A DNA stretch of 64,000 bases from Halorarum halobium (GCF_032116555.1 NZ_CP134949.1:1922001-1986000), one strand, 5' to 3'; positions 20,720 through 32,051 are shown, counted from the first letter of the stretch. Notes: generated from the sequence alone by a model not told the origin. A program made the numbers and translations.

Positions 20720-20839
20720 ATGAACCTCGAACACGAGTCGTTCCGCGCCGCGCTCGGCACCGCGGCGGGCTACGGGCTCATCCTGGCGCTCATGACGGTC
20801 CTGCTGTTCGGCGTTCCGTACCTCATCTTCTCGCTGTAG
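20720..20839 (+). CDS. 39-aa single-TM small protein
   Basis: MNLEHESFRAALGTAAGYGLILALMTVLLFGVPYLIFSL fills the nth-pan gap. Confidence 0.6.
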   Translation: MNLEHESFRAALGTAAGYGLILALMTVLLFGVPYLIFSL

Positions 20840-20881
20840 GCGATCGGCGTCGGGTGGGCCGAAAAGGGAACGAACGACGAG

Positions 20882-22099
20882 TTACGCGAACGCGAGCGAG
20901 TCGCCGCCGGAACTCTCCTCGGTCCGGGAGATCTTCTCCCAGGCCTCGCGGAAGTCGGCCATCCTGACCTCGGTCCGATCCTCGCGGATGGCGAACATCC
21001 CGGCCTCGGTACAGACCGCCTTCACGTCCGCGCCGGAGGCCTCCGAGGCCATCTCGGCGAGCCGCTCGAAGTCCACGTCGTCGGCGACGTTCATGTCGCG
21101 GGTGTGGATCTTGAAAATGATCTCGCGGCCCTCGTAGTTCGGCTTGGGCACCTCGATGAGGCGGTCGAAGCGGCCGGGGCGGAGGATGGCCGGGTCGAGC
21201 ATGTCGAACCGGTTCGTCGCCGCGATGATGCGCACCTCGCCGCGCTCGTCGAACCCGTCCATCTCCGAGAGCAGCTGCATCATCGTGCGCTGGACCTCGG
21301 CGTCGCCGGACGTCTTCGAGTCCGTCCGCTTCGAGGCGATGGCGTCGATCTCGTCGATGAACAGGACGGCGGGCTCGTTCTCGCGCGCGACCTCGAACAG
21401 GTCCCGCACGAGCTTCGCGCCCTCGCCGATGAACTTGTGGACGAGTTCGGAGCCGGCCATCTTGATGAACGTCGCGTCCGTCTGGTTGGCGACCGCCTTC
21501 GCCAGCAGGGTCTTGCCCGTGCCGGGCGGGCCGTGGAGCAGGACGCCGCTCGGCGGCTGGATGCCGACGTCGGTGAACATGTCGGGGTTCTTGAGCGGCA
21601 TCTCGACCGTCTCGCGCACCTCGTTCATCTGCTCCTCGAGGCCGCCGATGTCCTGGTAGGTGACGTCCGGCGAGTGCTCGACCTGCATCACGCGGGCCCG
21701 CACGTCGGTCTCCTTCTCCAGCTTCTTCACGACCGAGAGGGAGTTGTTGACCGCGACGCGGTCGTCCGGGTCGAGGTCCTCGCGCATCTCGTCGGTGACC
21801 TCGGTGAGTGCCTCCTGGTTGTTGCCGTGCTGTTTGATCACGACGCCGTCGTCGTTCAGTTCCTGGACCGTCGCCACGAATAGCGGCGACTGCTTGAGCT
21901 TCTTGTTCTCGTGGGTCAGCCGCTCCAGTTTCTGTTGGTACTTGTTGTTCTCCGCGTTCGCATCCAGGAGCTTGTCGCGCATCTCCTCGTTCTGGTCCTC
22001 GAGGACTTCGAGCCGTTCCTCGAGTGCCTCGATCTGCTCCTGACGCGACGTCGACTCCTCGTCGAACGGCAGGTCGACGTCGTCAACCGTGTCGGTCAT
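20882..22099 (-). CDS. pan: Proteasome-activating nucleotidase
   Basis: N-terminal coiled coil, [28 protein letters not shown]-terminal HbYX-like AFA. Start at MTDTVDD. Confidence 0.97.
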   Translation of the reverse strand: MTDTVDDVDLPFDEESTSRQEQIEALEERLEVLEDQNEEMRDKLLDANAENNKYQQKLERLTHENKKLKQSPLFVATVQELNDDGVVIKQHGNNQEALTEVTDEMREDLDPDDRVAVNNSLSVVKKLEKETDVRARVMQVEHSPDVTYQDIGGLEEQMNEVRETVEMPLKNPDMFTDVGIQPPSGVLLHGPPGTGKTLLAKAVANQTDATFIKMAGSELVHKFIGEGAKLVRDLFEVARENEPAVLFIDEIDAIASKRTDSKTSGDAEVQRTMMQLLSEMDGFDERGEVRIIAATNRFDMLDPAILRPGRFDRLIEVPKPNYEGREIIFKIHTRDMNVADDVDFERLAEMASEASGADVKAVCTEAGMFAIREDRTEVRMADFREAWEKISRTEESSGGDSLAFA

Positions 22100-22222
22100 C
22101 GACGGTGGTAGGGCAGACGGTAATAAGAGGCTTCGGGTGGGGGCGACCAGCCGGTAGATTCCCTGCAGTAATGATTTGAGATGAGAAGTATTATCTAACA
22201 GCATCCCATTGCCCGAACTACG

Positions 22223-22492
22223 ATGGGTGTTTCCGACACGGAGGCCGTGACGACCGGCGAGGGCGAGGGAGTCGGCTGGGAGGCGGTCGAGGAGCTTCCC
22301 CCCAGCGCGAAGCTCGTGGCAAAGGTGCTCGAGTACGAGGACACGCTGACCCAGAGTCAGCTCGCAGAGGAGACGCTGTTGCCGCCCCGGACGGTGCGAT
22401 ACGCGCTCTCCCGGCTCGAGGACGCCGGCGTTGTCGAGTCCCGCTTCTCGTTCTCGGACGCGCGCAAGCGCCTCTACACGCTGAAGCTCTGA
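22223..22492 (+). CDS. Winged-helix (MarR-like) DNA-binding protein
   Basis: LPPSAKLV...[24 protein letters not shown]...DARKRLY. Confidence 0.88.
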   Translation: MGVSDTEAVTTGEGEGVGWEAVEELPPSAKLVAKVLEYEDTLTQSQLAEETLLPPRTVRYALSRLEDAGVVESRFSFSDARKRLYTLKL

Positions 22493-22604
22493 ACCAGGCA
22501 CGCCGTTCTCGCCACCGCTACTGACTCGGTGAACGGTCGCTCCGAGCGGCGATTCCGGACCAGCCACGGGAAGGTTTTTTCCGTGATACCGCACCAGACG
22601 TCCC

Positions 22605-22943
22605 GTGAGCGATGACGTCGAGGCGGTGAAACGAGCTCTCAGAGCGCTCGTCGACGACAACGAGCGGCAATCTACCGGGGAGTTCGACGAACTGGTCCTG
22701 CGAGCCGAACGGGCCCTCGAAGACGTACGTGCGGCCGCCGAGTTCGCCGACGCCGACGGGTTCGCCGCGCTCGAATCCGCAACATCGGAGGTGGGGCCTG
22801 TCGGCGACCCGGAGACGACCGACCGAGCGCGCGCGGTTCTGGACGCCGTCGGCGAGTACAGGGCGACCGCGGCCGACCACTTTCACGCCGGTCACGAGGG
22901 GCTTATGCCGGGTGACCCAGTATCCTCCGACGAGACTACATGA
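22605..22943 (+). CDS. Hypothetical protein upstream of mre11
   Basis: Acidic helical 112-aa ORF with an ATGA overlap into mre11. Confidence 0.65.
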   Translation: MSDDVEAVKRALRALVDDNERQSTGEFDELVLRAERALEDVRAAAEFADADGFAALESATSEVGPVGDPETTDRARAVLDAVGEYRATAADHFHAGHEGLMPGDPVSSDETT

Positions 22944-24193
22944 CGCGGGTCATCCACACCGGCGACACCCACATCGGCTACCGGCAGTACCACTCGCCGG
23001 AGCGTCGTCGGGACTTCCTCCGTTCGTTCGAGCAGGTCGTCGCCGACGCGGTGGAAGAGGAGGTCGACGCGGTGATCCACGCGGGCGACCTGTTCCACGA
23101 CCGTCGTCCGGAACTGCCGGACCTGCTCGGCACGCTCTCCGCGCTCCGCGACCTCGACGACGCGGGCGTCCCGTTCCTCGCCATCGTCGGCAACCACGAG
23201 TCGACGCGTGGCGGCCAGTGGCTCGACCTGTACGAGTCGCTCGGGCTGGCGACGCGACTCGGCTCGGAGCCGATTACGGTGGGGAACACGGCGTTCTACG
23301 GCCTCGACCACGTCCCCGAATCGCGACGCGACCGGCTGGAATACGAGTTCGAGCCACACGAGGCGGACCACGCCGCGCTCGTCGGCCACGGCCTGTTCGA
23401 ACCGTTCGCGCACGGAAACTGGGATACGGAGACCGTCCTGACCGAGGCGACCGTCGACTTCGATGCGATGCTGCTGGGGGACAACCACGCCCCGGACACG
23501 GCGGAGGTCCTCGACGCCCGGGTCACCTACTGCGGGTCGACCGAGCGCGCGAGCGCGACGGAACGCGACGGTCGGGGGTACAACCTCGTCGAGTTCGAGG
23601 CCGGCGAGGTGGACGTCCGCCGGCGCGCGCTCGACACGCGGCCGTTCGTGTTCGTCACGGCCGGACTGGGGCCGAGCGAGGGCGTGAGCCGCGTCAGGGA
23701 CCGCGTGCGCGAGCACGACGTCGAAGACGCGGTCGTCGTCGTCGAAATCACGGGCGAGGGTGAGCCGGTCGCGCCCGCGGCCGTCGAGGAGTTCGCCGAC
23801 GAGCGGGGCGCGCTCGTCGCCCGGGTGAAGGACCGACGCGAGATCGACACCGAGACGGAAGTGTCGGTGAGCTTCGCGGACCCGGACGCGGCGGTGCGCG
23901 AGCGGGTGAGCGAACTCGGCCTCTCGACGGTGGCCCGCGACATCGACGACGTGGTACGCGGGGAGGCGGCCGACTCGAACGTTCGCGCCGACGTGAAACG
24001 TCGCGTCGCGGAACGGTTCGAGGGCGACGAGTTCGAGGCTGCCGTCGAACGGGCAGAGCCCGACGACGGGGACGACGGCGACGACGGCCCCGCCGAACCG
24101 GACGCCGACGGCGACGCCAGCACGGCCGCCGAGGACGACGAGCCGACGACCGACTCCGACACGGACCGGCAGGTCACCATGGAGGACTACTGA
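22940..24193 (+). CDS. mre11: DNA double-strand break repair nuclease Mre11
   Basis: DTHIG, GDLFH and GNHE phosphoesterase motifs; YCGSTER; coupled to rad50. Confidence 0.96.
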   Translation: MTRVIHTGDTHIGYRQYHSPERRRDFLRSFEQVVADAVEEEVDAVIHAGDLFHDRRPELPDLLGTLSALRDLDDAGVPFLAIVGNHESTRGGQWLDLYESLGLATRLGSEPITVGNTAFYGLDHVPESRRDRLEYEFEPHEADHAALVGHGLFEPFAHGNWDTETVLTEATVDFDAMLLGDNHAPDTAEVLDARVTYCGSTERASATERDGRGYNLVEFEAGEVDVRRRALDTRPFVFVTAGLGPSEGVSRVRDRVREHDVEDAVVVVEITGEGEPVAPAAVEEFADERGALVARVKDRREIDTETEVSVSFADPDAAVRERVSELGLSTVARDIDDVVRGEAADSNVRADVKRRVAERFEGDEFEAAVERAEPDDGDDGDDGPAEPDADGDASTAAEDDEPTTDSDTDRQVTMEDY

Positions 24194-26883
24194 TGCGCTT
24201 CGACCGTATCCGGCTCCGGAACTTCAAGCCGTACGCCGACACGGACCTGCGGCTCTCGGACGGCGTGACGGTCATCCACGGGCTGAACGGGAGCGGGAAG
24301 TCCTCGCTGCTCGAGGCGTGTTTCTTCGCCCTCTACGGGTCGAAGGGATTGGACGGGACCCTGGAGGACGTGGTGACGAACGGAGCCGAGGAGGCCGAAG
24401 TCGAACTCTCGTTCTCCCACAAGGGGGACGCCTACCACATCCGCAGGGATCTGAAGCGATACGGCGACCAGATCCAGACGACGGCCTGCACGCTCGAAGC
24501 GGAGGACGGCGACCTCGCGCGCGACGGTGCGACCGAGGTCCGCGCGTTCGTGACGGACCTGCTGCGGATGGACGCGGAGGCGTTCGTCAACTGCGCGTAC
24601 GTCCGGCAGGGCGAGGTGAACAAGCTCATCAACGCCACGCCGACCGGTCGGCAGGACATGATCGACGACCTGCTTCAGCTCGGCCGGCTCGAGGAGTACC
24701 GCGAACGCGCCGCTGACGCGCGGCTGGGGGTCGAGGACGTGCTCGGCGAGAAACGCGGCGCGCTCTCGTCGGTCGCGGAGCAACTGGACGAGAAGGAGGA
24801 AAAGGACCTCCACGAGCGGCTGAACGGACTTCAGTCGGAGCTGCGCGAACTCGACGAGAAGGTCGAGAACTACGAGGAGCAGCGAGCGAAGGCCGAATCG
24901 ACCCGCGACGACGCCCGCGAGATTCTGGAGGAGTTCGAGGAGCGACGCGATGAACTGGAGTCGATCGAGGCCGACATCGACGAGCTGGAATCCGACGTCC
25001 GGGAGGCCGAATCCGAGCGCGAGGAGTTCGGCACGCAGGTGGCGGAAACGCGCGACGAACTCTCGAATCTGCGGGAGAGGCTGGACGAACGGCTCGCGGA
25101 GATGGAGCTCGATGGGGCGTCCGCCGACGAGATCGAGGCCAGGCGGTGCGCCCTCGACGACCGGGAGGGCGAACTCCGGGAGGAGCGCGACGAGGTCCGG
25201 AGCGAAACCACCGCGTTCGAGAACCAGTCGGAGAACCTCGAATCGAGCGCCGACGAGTACGCCGAGCGCGCCGAAACGAACCGCAAGACGGCGGCCGATC
25301 TGGAAGTGGAGATCGAGTCCGCACGCGAGACGCTCGCCGACCGGGAGGACTCGCTGACCGAACTCGAAGCGGAGCGGGCGGAACGCGAAGCCGAGTTCGA
25401 GGACGCGCCGGTTTCGGTCGGGGAGGCGGCCGCCCACCGGGACGACCTCCGGGAGCGACTCGAAGCCCTCAGGGACGAGAAGACGGAGCTGACGGCCGAA
25501 CTCTCGACCGTCCGTGCGAGCGTCGAGGAGGCCGAAGCGCTGCTCGACGAGGGGAAGTGCCCGGAGTGTGGACAGCCCGTCGAGGACTCTCCCCACGTCG
25601 ACACGCTCGCGGCGGACCGCGAACGGGTGGCGGAACTCGAGGACGAACTCGCTGAGCTTCGGGAACGGGAAGACGAGCGGGAGGACGACCTCGACCGCGC
25701 CGAGGCGCTCCTGACCGCCCAGAACCGGCTCGACGAACTCGAGAGCACCCGGAGCCTGGTCGAGGACGGGATCGACGAGAAGCGGAGCGAAATCGAGGCG
25801 AAGGAGGGGCGGATCGAGTCGCTCCGCGAGGAAGCCGAAGAACTCGAGCAGGAGGCGGCAGAGAAACGCGAGATCGCGGAGCGGAAGGCCGAACAGGCGG
25901 GAGAGGCACGCGAGCGGGCCGAGGAGATCGAGTCGGGCCTCGCGGAACTGGACGAAGCCCGCGACCGGATCGACGCGGTCGAATCGACCGCCGAGGCGAT
26001 CGAGGACGCCGAAACGAGGATCGAACGACTGGAGGAGCGTCGCTCCGACCTCGCCGAGAGGAACGACGAACGCCGCGAGTTCCTGAGCGAGAAACGCGAC
26101 CGGCGCGACGAACTCCGCGACGCGTTCGACGAGGAGCAGGTCGAAACCGCGCGCCAACGGCACTCGAACGCCGAGGAGTACGTCGAACAGGTGTCGGAGA
26201 CGCTGGCGTCGCTCGCGGAGGAACGGGACGAACTCACCAGCGCGATCGGCGCGACGGAACGGGAGCTCGAAGAACTGGAGGAGTTGCGGGACCGACACGA
26301 GCACCTGTCGGCCCGCGTCGAGGCGCTCGAATCCGTCCACGAGGAATCGGAGGAACTGGAGACGATGTACGGCGACCTCCGCGCTGAGCTCCGGCGGCGG
26401 AACGTCGAGAGCCTCGAACGGATGTTGAACGAGACGTTCGAGCTGATCTACGCCAACGACGCGTACTCGCACATCGAACTCGACGGCGAGTACGCGCTGA
26501 CGGTTTACCAGAAGGACGGCGAACCGCTCGACCCCGAACAGCTCTCCGGCGGCGAGCGCGCGCTGTTCAACCTCTCGCTCCGGTGTGCGATCTACCGCCT
26601 GCTCGCCGAAGGGATCGAGGGGGCCGCACCGACGCCGCCGCTCATCCTCGACGAGCCGACCGTGTTCCTGGACTCGGGCCACGTCTCCCGACTGGTCGAT
26701 CTGGTCGGCGAGATGCGTGGGTTCGGCGTCAGACAGATCCTCATCGTGAGCCACGACGACGAACTCGTCGGCGCCGCCGACGACCTCGTTCGCGTGGAGA
26801 AGAACCCCACGACGAACCGGTCGTCGGTCGAGCGGACCGACGCGGCCTCGCTCGCCGATCTCGACGCGTTCGCGGACGACTGA
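24193..26883 (+). CDS. rad50: DNA double-strand break repair ATPase Rad50
   Basis: GLNGSGKSS, long coiled coil, CPECG zinc hook, LSGGE, LILDEPT, IVSHD. Confidence 0.97.
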   Translation: MRFDRIRLRNFKPYADTDLRLSDGVTVIHGLNGSGKSSLLEACFFALYGSKGLDGTLEDVVTNGAEEAEVELSFSHKGDAYHIRRDLKRYGDQIQTTACTLEAEDGDLARDGATEVRAFVTDLLRMDAEAFVNCAYVRQGEVNKLINATPTGRQDMIDDLLQLGRLEEYRERAADARLGVEDVLGEKRGALSSVAEQLDEKEEKDLHERLNGLQSELRELDEKVENYEEQRAKAESTRDDAREILEEFEERRDELESIEADIDELESDVREAESEREEFGTQVAETRDELSNLRERLDERLAEMELDGASADEIEARRCALDDREGELREERDEVRSETTAFENQSENLESSADEYAERAETNRKTAADLEVEIESARETLADREDSLTELEAERAEREAEFEDAPVSVGEAAAHRDDLRERLEALRDEKTELTAELSTVRASVEEAEALLDEGKCPECGQPVEDSPHVDTLAADRERVAELEDELAELREREDEREDDLDRAEALLTAQNRLDELESTRSLVEDGIDEKRSEIEAKEGRIESLREEAEELEQEAAEKREIAERKAEQAGEARERAEEIESGLAELDEARDRIDAVESTAEAIEDAETRIERLEERRSDLAERNDERREFLSEKRDRRDELRDAFDEEQVETARQRHSNAEEYVEQVSETLASLAEERDELTSAIGATERELEELEELRDRHEHLSARVEALESVHEESEELETMYGDLRAELRRRNVESLERMLNETFELIYANDAYSHIELDGEYALTVYQKDGEPLDPEQLSGGERALFNLSLRCAIYRLLAEGIEGAAPTPPLILDEPTVFLDSGHVSRLVDLVGEMRGFGVRQILIVSHDDELVGAADDLVRVEKNPTTNRSSVERTDAASLADLDAFADD

Positions 26884-26915
26884 CCCGCTCGGAAACGGCC
26901 CCGCGAGCCGATCGC

Positions 26916-27335
26916 TTACCCCCGAAGATGCCCGACCGCGTTCCGTGCCGCATCCGTCGGTTCGTACCCCCGTTCGCCCGCAACCTCGGCCTCCTCGATG
27001 AACCCCGCCGCCCGGAACTCGGCGAGGAGTCCGTGGAGGTCGGACTCACAGAGGTCGTAGCCGTCGAGGAGTGCACGGACCGACAGCGGGCCGCGGTCGA
27101 CGAACTCGACCAGCAGTCCGAGCGAGCGCTCGTCCCGACACGCCAGCACCGCGCGACGGACGTCCTCCGGGAGTCCCCCAGCGGCGACCGCGAGCGGGGA
27201 GTCCCCCTCGGGCGTGAGTCGCTCGTTCGGCAGGTACCGCTCCTCGCCCGTCTCCGGGTCGCGGACGCGGCTCGACCCCGAAGAGCGCTTCAGGCGGATG
27301 TACCGGGTCCCGTCCTCGTCGCGGACTGACTGCAC
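26916..27335 (-). CDS. Haloarchaeal conserved protein with a C-terminal winged-helix-like region
   Basis: GTG start, VQSVRDEDG...KRSSGSSRVRDPETGEERY...CESDLHGLLAEFRAAG. Confidence 0.75.
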   Translation of the reverse strand: MQSVRDEDGTRYIRLKRSSGSSRVRDPETGEERYLPNERLTPEGDSPLAVAAGGLPEDVRRAVLACRDERSLGLLVEFVDRGPLSVRALLDGYDLCESDLHGLLAEFRAAGFIEEAEVAGERGYEPTDAARNAVGHLRG

Positions 27336-27390
27336 GGTCGGAACGAGGCGGGTCGGGCAAAAAGCGGTGTCGGTCAGGGAGCGATGTTGG

Positions 27391-27879
27391 TCAGGGAGCG
27401 GTGTCGATTTCGGCGTCCTCGCCCTCCGCTTCGACGCGCTCGTCGGTGTCGGAACCGGCGTTGGGTTCGTCGTCACCGTCGCCGTCCTCCCCGCCCGTGT
27501 CGCGCCGTTTGAACGCCCTGTGAGTCTGATAGACCCGGACCCCTGCGAGCAGGCCGACGAGTATCGCCGCCCCGCCCCAGCGCCACTGGGCGCGGAAGCC
27601 GATCAGCATGAGGCCGAACGAGACGCCGAACAGGGCGACGTTCGCGTAGAGCACCGCCGTCCAGAACGCCGTGAGCACGTCGGCGTCGACGTCGGCCGGG
27701 TCGGTGAGGTCATCCGCGGGGTTCCGGACCGTCGGGGGGTCGACCTCCCGGGTCCGCACGCTCGGCGGGTCCACCTCCGGGATGTCGACGTACTCCTCGG
27801 CGGGGTTCGGTCCGGACTCCTCGAGACCGAACCCGACCTCCTCGTCGTCGTCGTGCGGCACGGGACTGGATACGGACAT
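27391..27879 (-). CDS. Haloarchaeal conserved membrane protein
   Basis: Acidic N-terminus, FWTAVLYANVALFGVSFG, two TM segments. Confidence 0.75.
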   Translation of the reverse strand: MSVSSPVPHDDDEEVGFGLEESGPNPAEEYVDIPEVDPPSVRTREVDPPTVRNPADDLTDPADVDADVLTAFWTAVLYANVALFGVSFGLMLIGFRAQWRWGGAAILVGLLAGVRVYQTHRAFKRRDTGGEDGDGDDEPNAGSDTDERVEAEGEDAEIDTAP

Positions 27880-27909
27880 CGCGTTCAAAAGGGTTCGTTC
27901 CCGACCCGC

Positions 27910-28086
27910 TCAGACCTGTTCGGAGACCGGGACGGCGAGGCTCGCCTCGACCCAGGCCAGCGGGTTCGCCGCGTCGTACAGTACCACCCGGCCGTCGTCC
28001 TCGTACGCCTCGACCGTGTCGACGGCCTCGTCCGAGCGCGCGTCCGCGCTCGTGCTGTCCCACGATGAGTCGGTTGGGTGGCTCAT
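27910..28086 (-). CDS. 58-aa haloarchaeal small protein (not in ORF track)
   Basis: MSHPTDSS...DTVEAYEDDGRVVLYDAANPLAWVEASLAVPVSEQV; resembles small proteins typically divergent from haloarchaeal polB. Confidence 0.7.
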   Translation of the reverse strand: MSHPTDSSWDSTSADARSDEAVDTVEAYEDDGRVVLYDAANPLAWVEASLAVPVSEQV

Positions 28087-28229
28087 GGGGTATCCCGTGG
28101 TATACTTTCACATGGTATAGGCCTTTCCGTCGCGGCGGTCGTCGCCGGGCCGGACCCCCGACCTCGGCCGTTCGGACCGTCGGGGGGCGAACGGTTGGCT
28201 TTTTAGCCGGCACCGCCGAAGCCGCGACC

Positions 28230-31004
28230 ATGACAAACGCGAGCCTCACGGACTTCGGTTCGGGTGACGCCGACGGGGGGGACGGCGACCGGCCGGACGA
28301 GGAGGCCGCCCACGTGGCCGGCGACGGGACGGGCCACGTCAGCGAGGTCGTCGACGCCCAGGACATCCGCGTTCCCGACTCGACCGGGACGCTGGAGCTG
28401 ATGGTGACGGCCGTCGATTACACTGTCGAGGGGAACGGCGCGACCGAGTACCCCGTCGTCAACGTGTTCGGCAGGACGAGCGATGACGAGACCGAACACG
28501 TCCGGGTGCTCGGGACCGAGCCGTACTTCTACGTCCCGACGGCCGACCTGGAAGGTCGGGACCTCGCCGACGAGTACGACGTCGTCGTCAGCACGCGCGA
28601 GCATCCCCGGGGTGGCGGTGATGATGCCGGGGTCGAGAACGGCGAGCCGGGGGACGAGACCGGCGGGTTCGAGAGCATCCGCGGCGAGGACGTCACGAAG
28701 GTCATCGCGAGGACGCCCCGCGACGTGGGGCAGATCCGCGACGACTTCGAGCGAACGTACGAGGCCGACATCCTGTTCCCGAACCGCTTTCTCATCGACA
28801 ACGGCGTCAGCTCCGGGATCCGCGTCGAGGAGCGCCGCCTCGACGACGGCCGTCTCCAGGTGTTCCCCGGCCACCTCGAAGCCGCGGACGTGGACGCGAA
28901 CCTCCGGGTAAACACGTTCGACATCGAGGTCGACGACCGGCGCGGGTTCCCCGAGGACGGCGAGGAGCCCATCGTCTGTCTCACCAGCCACGACTCCTAC
29001 CGCGACGAGTACGTCGCCTGGCTCTACGAGTCTCCCGACGCGGAGGTCGACTCCCCCGAAGAGCTCAGGGGGTACGAGCCGTACCGCGACGGTCCGGACC
29101 TCGACGTCAGGACGTTCGCCGCGGAGGACGCGATGCTCGACGCGTTCCTCGCGTACGTCAGCGAGACGGACCCCGACGTGCTCACCGGCTGGAACTTCGA
29201 GGACTTCGACGCGCCGTACTTCCTCGACCGCTGTGAGGAACTCGACCGCAAGAGCGAGTACGACCTCTCGCCGGACCGCCTCTCGCGGGTGAACGAGACG
29301 TGGCGCTCCGGGTGGGGCGGCCCGGACGTGAAGGGCCGGGTCGTCTTCGACCTGCTGTACGCCTACCAGCGCACCCAGCGCTCGGAACTGGACTCCTACC
29401 GGCTCGACGCGGTCGGCGAACTCGAACTCGACGTTGGCAAGGAGCGCTACTCGGGCGACATCGGCGACCTCTGGGAGCAGGACCCCGAACGGCTCCTCGA
29501 GTACAACGTCCGCGACGTGGAACTGTGCGTCGAGATCGACAGGAAGCAGGACGTCGTCACGTTCTGGGACGAGTCCCGGAAACTCGTCGGGTGTCAACTG
29601 GAGGACGCGACGACGCCCGGGGACGCCGTGGACATGTACGTCCTCCACAAGGCGTTCGGCGAGTTCGTGCTCCCGACGAAGGGCCAGCAGGAGGGCGAGG
29701 AGTTCGAGGGCGGCGCGGTGTTCGAGCCGATCACGGGCGTCCGGGAGAACGTCACCGTGCTCGACCTGAAGTCGCTGTACCCGATGTGTATGGTGACGAT
29801 CAACGCCTCGCCGGAGACGATCGTCGAGGACCCCGACGCCTACGACGGCGAGACGTACCGCGCGCCGAACGGCACCCGGTTTCGGAAGGAGCCGGACGGG
29901 ATGATGCGCGAGATGGTCGACGAACTGCTCGCGGAACGCGACCAGAAGAAGGCCGCCCGCGACGAGCACGACCCCGGCTCGGACGCCTACGAACAGTACG
30001 ACCGCCAGCAGGCGGCCGTGAAGGTCATCATGAACTCGCTGTACGGCGTCTCCGGCTGGGAGCGGTTCCGCCTGTACGACAAGGAGAACGCCGCGGCCAT
30101 CACCGCGATGGGCCGGCGCGTTATCGAGTTCACCGAGGAGGCCGCCAACGAGATCGACCACGAGGTCGCTTACGGGGACACCGACTCGGTGATGCTCGAA
30201 CTCGGCCCCGACGTCTCGACCGGGGAGGCGATCGAGCAGTCGTTCGCCATCGAGGAGCACATCAACGGCCGGTACGACGACTTCGCCGCGGAGGAACTCG
30301 ACGCCGAGCAACACCGCTTCCAGATCGAGTTCGAGAAGCTCTACCGCCGGTTCTTCCAGGCGGGCAAGAAGAAGCGCTACGCCGGACACATCGTCTGGAA
30401 GGAGGGGAAGGAGGTCGACGACGTCGACATCACCGGCTTCGAGTACAAGCGCTCCGACATCGCGCCCGTCACGAAGCGGGTCCAGAAGGAGGTCATCGAG
30501 AAGATCGTTCACGGGGAGGACACCGGGGCCGTCAAGGAGTACCTCCACGGCGAGATCGCCCGCTTTTCCGACGGCGAGGTCGACCTCGAGGAGGTGGGCA
30601 TCCCGGGCGGCATCGGCAAACGGCTCGACGCCTACGACACCGACACCGCGCAGGTCCGGGGCGCGAAGTACGCGAACATGCTGCTCGGGACGAACTTCCA
30701 GCGCGGGTCGAAGCCGAAGCGGCTCTACCTTGAGAAGGTCCATCCCGACTTCTTCCGACGGATGGAGACCGAGGAGGGGTTCGACCCGGCGGCCGACGAC
30801 CTCTACCGGGAGTTCAAGCGGACGCCCGACGTCATCTGCTTCGAGTACGCCGACGAGATTCCCGACGAGTTCGCGGTCGACTGGGCCAAGATGCTCGACA
30901 AGACGCTGAAGGGACCCATCGCCCGCGTCATCGAGGCGCTGGGCATGTCCTGGGACGAGGTGAAGACGGGTCAAGAGCAGACGGGACTTGGCTCGTTCAT
31001 GTGA
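28230..31004 (+). CDS. polB: Family B DNA polymerase, no intein
   Basis: Exonuclease motifs FDIEV and GWNFEDFD; polymerase motifs DLKSLYP, KVIMNSLYG, YGDTDS, KKRYAG. Start at MTNASLTDF. Confidence 0.97.
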   Translation: MTNASLTDFGSGDADGGDGDRPDEEAAHVAGDGTGHVSEVVDAQDIRVPDSTGTLELMVTAVDYTVEGNGATEYPVVNVFGRTSDDETEHVRVLGTEPYFYVPTADLEGRDLADEYDVVVSTREHPRGGGDDAGVENGEPGDETGGFESIRGEDVTKVIARTPRDVGQIRDDFERTYEADILFPNRFLIDNGVSSGIRVEERRLDDGRLQVFPGHLEAADVDANLRVNTFDIEVDDRRGFPEDGEEPIVCLTSHDSYRDEYVAWLYESPDAEVDSPEELRGYEPYRDGPDLDVRTFAAEDAMLDAFLAYVSETDPDVLTGWNFEDFDAPYFLDRCEELDRKSEYDLSPDRLSRVNETWRSGWGGPDVKGRVVFDLLYAYQRTQRSELDSYRLDAVGELELDVGKERYSGDIGDLWEQDPERLLEYNVRDVELCVEIDRKQDVVTFWDESRKLVGCQLEDATTPGDAVDMYVLHKAFGEFVLPTKGQQEGEEFEGGAVFEPITGVRENVTVLDLKSLYPMCMVTINASPETIVEDPDAYDGETYRAPNGTRFRKEPDGMMREMVDELLAERDQKKAARDEHDPGSDAYEQYDRQQAAVKVIMNSLYGVSGWERFRLYDKENAAAITAMGRRVIEFTEEAANEIDHEVAYGDTDSVMLELGPDVSTGEAIEQSFAIEEHINGRYDDFAAEELDAEQHRFQIEFEKLYRRFFQAGKKKRYAGHIVWKEGKEVDDVDITGFEYKRSDIAPVTKRVQKEVIEKIVHGEDTGAVKEYLHGEIARFSDGEVDLEEVGIPGGIGKRLDAYDTDTAQVRGAKYANMLLGTNFQRGSKPKRLYLEKVHPDFFRRMETEEGFDPAADDLYREFKRTPDVICFEYADEIPDEFAVDWAKMLDKTLKGPIARVIEALGMSWDEVKTGQEQTGLGSFM

Positions 31005-31136
31005 ACCGACGCGACGTCGAGCCGACCGGGTTTCCCGAATCGGAAAGAAATTTTGGTGTGGGACGACCTCTCACGCGCGCATGCGAAAGGATTAACCCCC
31101 GAAGTCCCCCATTCCCGCGCACGAGGAATTCATACG

Positions 31137-32051
31137 ATGGCAACACTCGAACTTCGCAATCTCAAGGCCGAGGTCGCCGAGACGGGGGAAGGGATCCTTC
31201 ACGGCGTCGACCTCAAGGTTGAAAGCGGCGAGATCCACGCGCTGATGGGACCGAACGGCTCGGGCAAGTCCACGACCGCGAAGGTCATCGCGGGCCACCC
31301 GGCCTACGAGGTCACGGGCGGCGAGGTGCTGCTCCACCTCGAGGACGCCGACGTCTCGGACCTCGACGTCGACCTCGACGACGAGGACTACACGTGGGAC
31401 CTGCTCGATCTGGAGCCGAACGAGCGCGCCGCGCTCGGCATCTTCCTCGGCTTCCAGTACCCGGCCGAGATCGAGGGTGTCACGATGACGAACTTCCTCC
31501 GCCAGGCACTCAACGCCAAGCTCGAGGAGCGCGAGGAGCTGTTCGAGGACGAGGAGGAGGCCGAGGCCGACGACGAGGACGACGCGGGCTACGACACCTC
31601 GCCGATGGAGGGCAACGTCGATGAGGGCGAGGTCGGCGTCGCCGAGTTCCAGCAGCTCCTGAAGGAGAAGATGGAGCTGCTCGACATGGACGAGAAGTTC
31701 GCCTCGCGCTATCTCAACGCCGGCTTCTCCGGCGGGGAGAAGAAGCAGAACGAGGTGCTCCAGGCCGCGATCCTCGAGCCTTCCATCGCCGTGCTCGACG
31801 AGATCGACTCCGGGCTGGACATCGACCGCCTGCAGGACGTCTCGGAGGGCATCAACGCGCTGCGCGACGAGCAGGGCACGGGCATCCTGCAGATCACCCA
31901 CTACCAGCGCATCCTGGAGTACGTCGAGCCGGACCACGTCCACATCATGCTCGACGGCGAGATCGCAAAGAGCGGCGACGCCTCCCTCGCGCGCGAGCTC
32001 GAGGACGAGGGGTACGACTGGGTCCGCGAGGAAGCGTACGGCACCGCGTAA
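31137..32051 (+). CDS. sufC: Fe-S cluster assembly ATPase SufC
   Basis: MGPNGSGKST, FQYPAEI, GFSGGEKK, LDEIDSGLD, ITHYQRIL. Confidence 0.96.
   Translation: MATLELRNLKAEVAETGEGILHGVDLKVESGEIHALMGPNGSGKSTTAKVIAGHPAYEVTGGEVLLHLEDADVSDLDVDLDDEDYTWDLLDLEPNERAALGIFLGFQYPAEIEGVTMTNFLRQALNAKLEEREELFEDEEEAEADDEDDAGYDTSPMEGNVDEGEVGVAEFQQLLKEKMELLDMDEKFASRYLNAGFSGGEKKQNEVLQAAILEPSIAVLDEIDSGLDIDRLQDVSEGINALRDEQGTGILQITHYQRILEYVEPDHVHIMLDGEIAKSGDASLARELEDEGYDWVREEAYGTA

Noticed and set aside
30160..30200. Intein in PolB at the YGDTDS site, as found in some haloarchaea
   Set aside because: The motif is uninterrupted and the protein length is consistent with no intein
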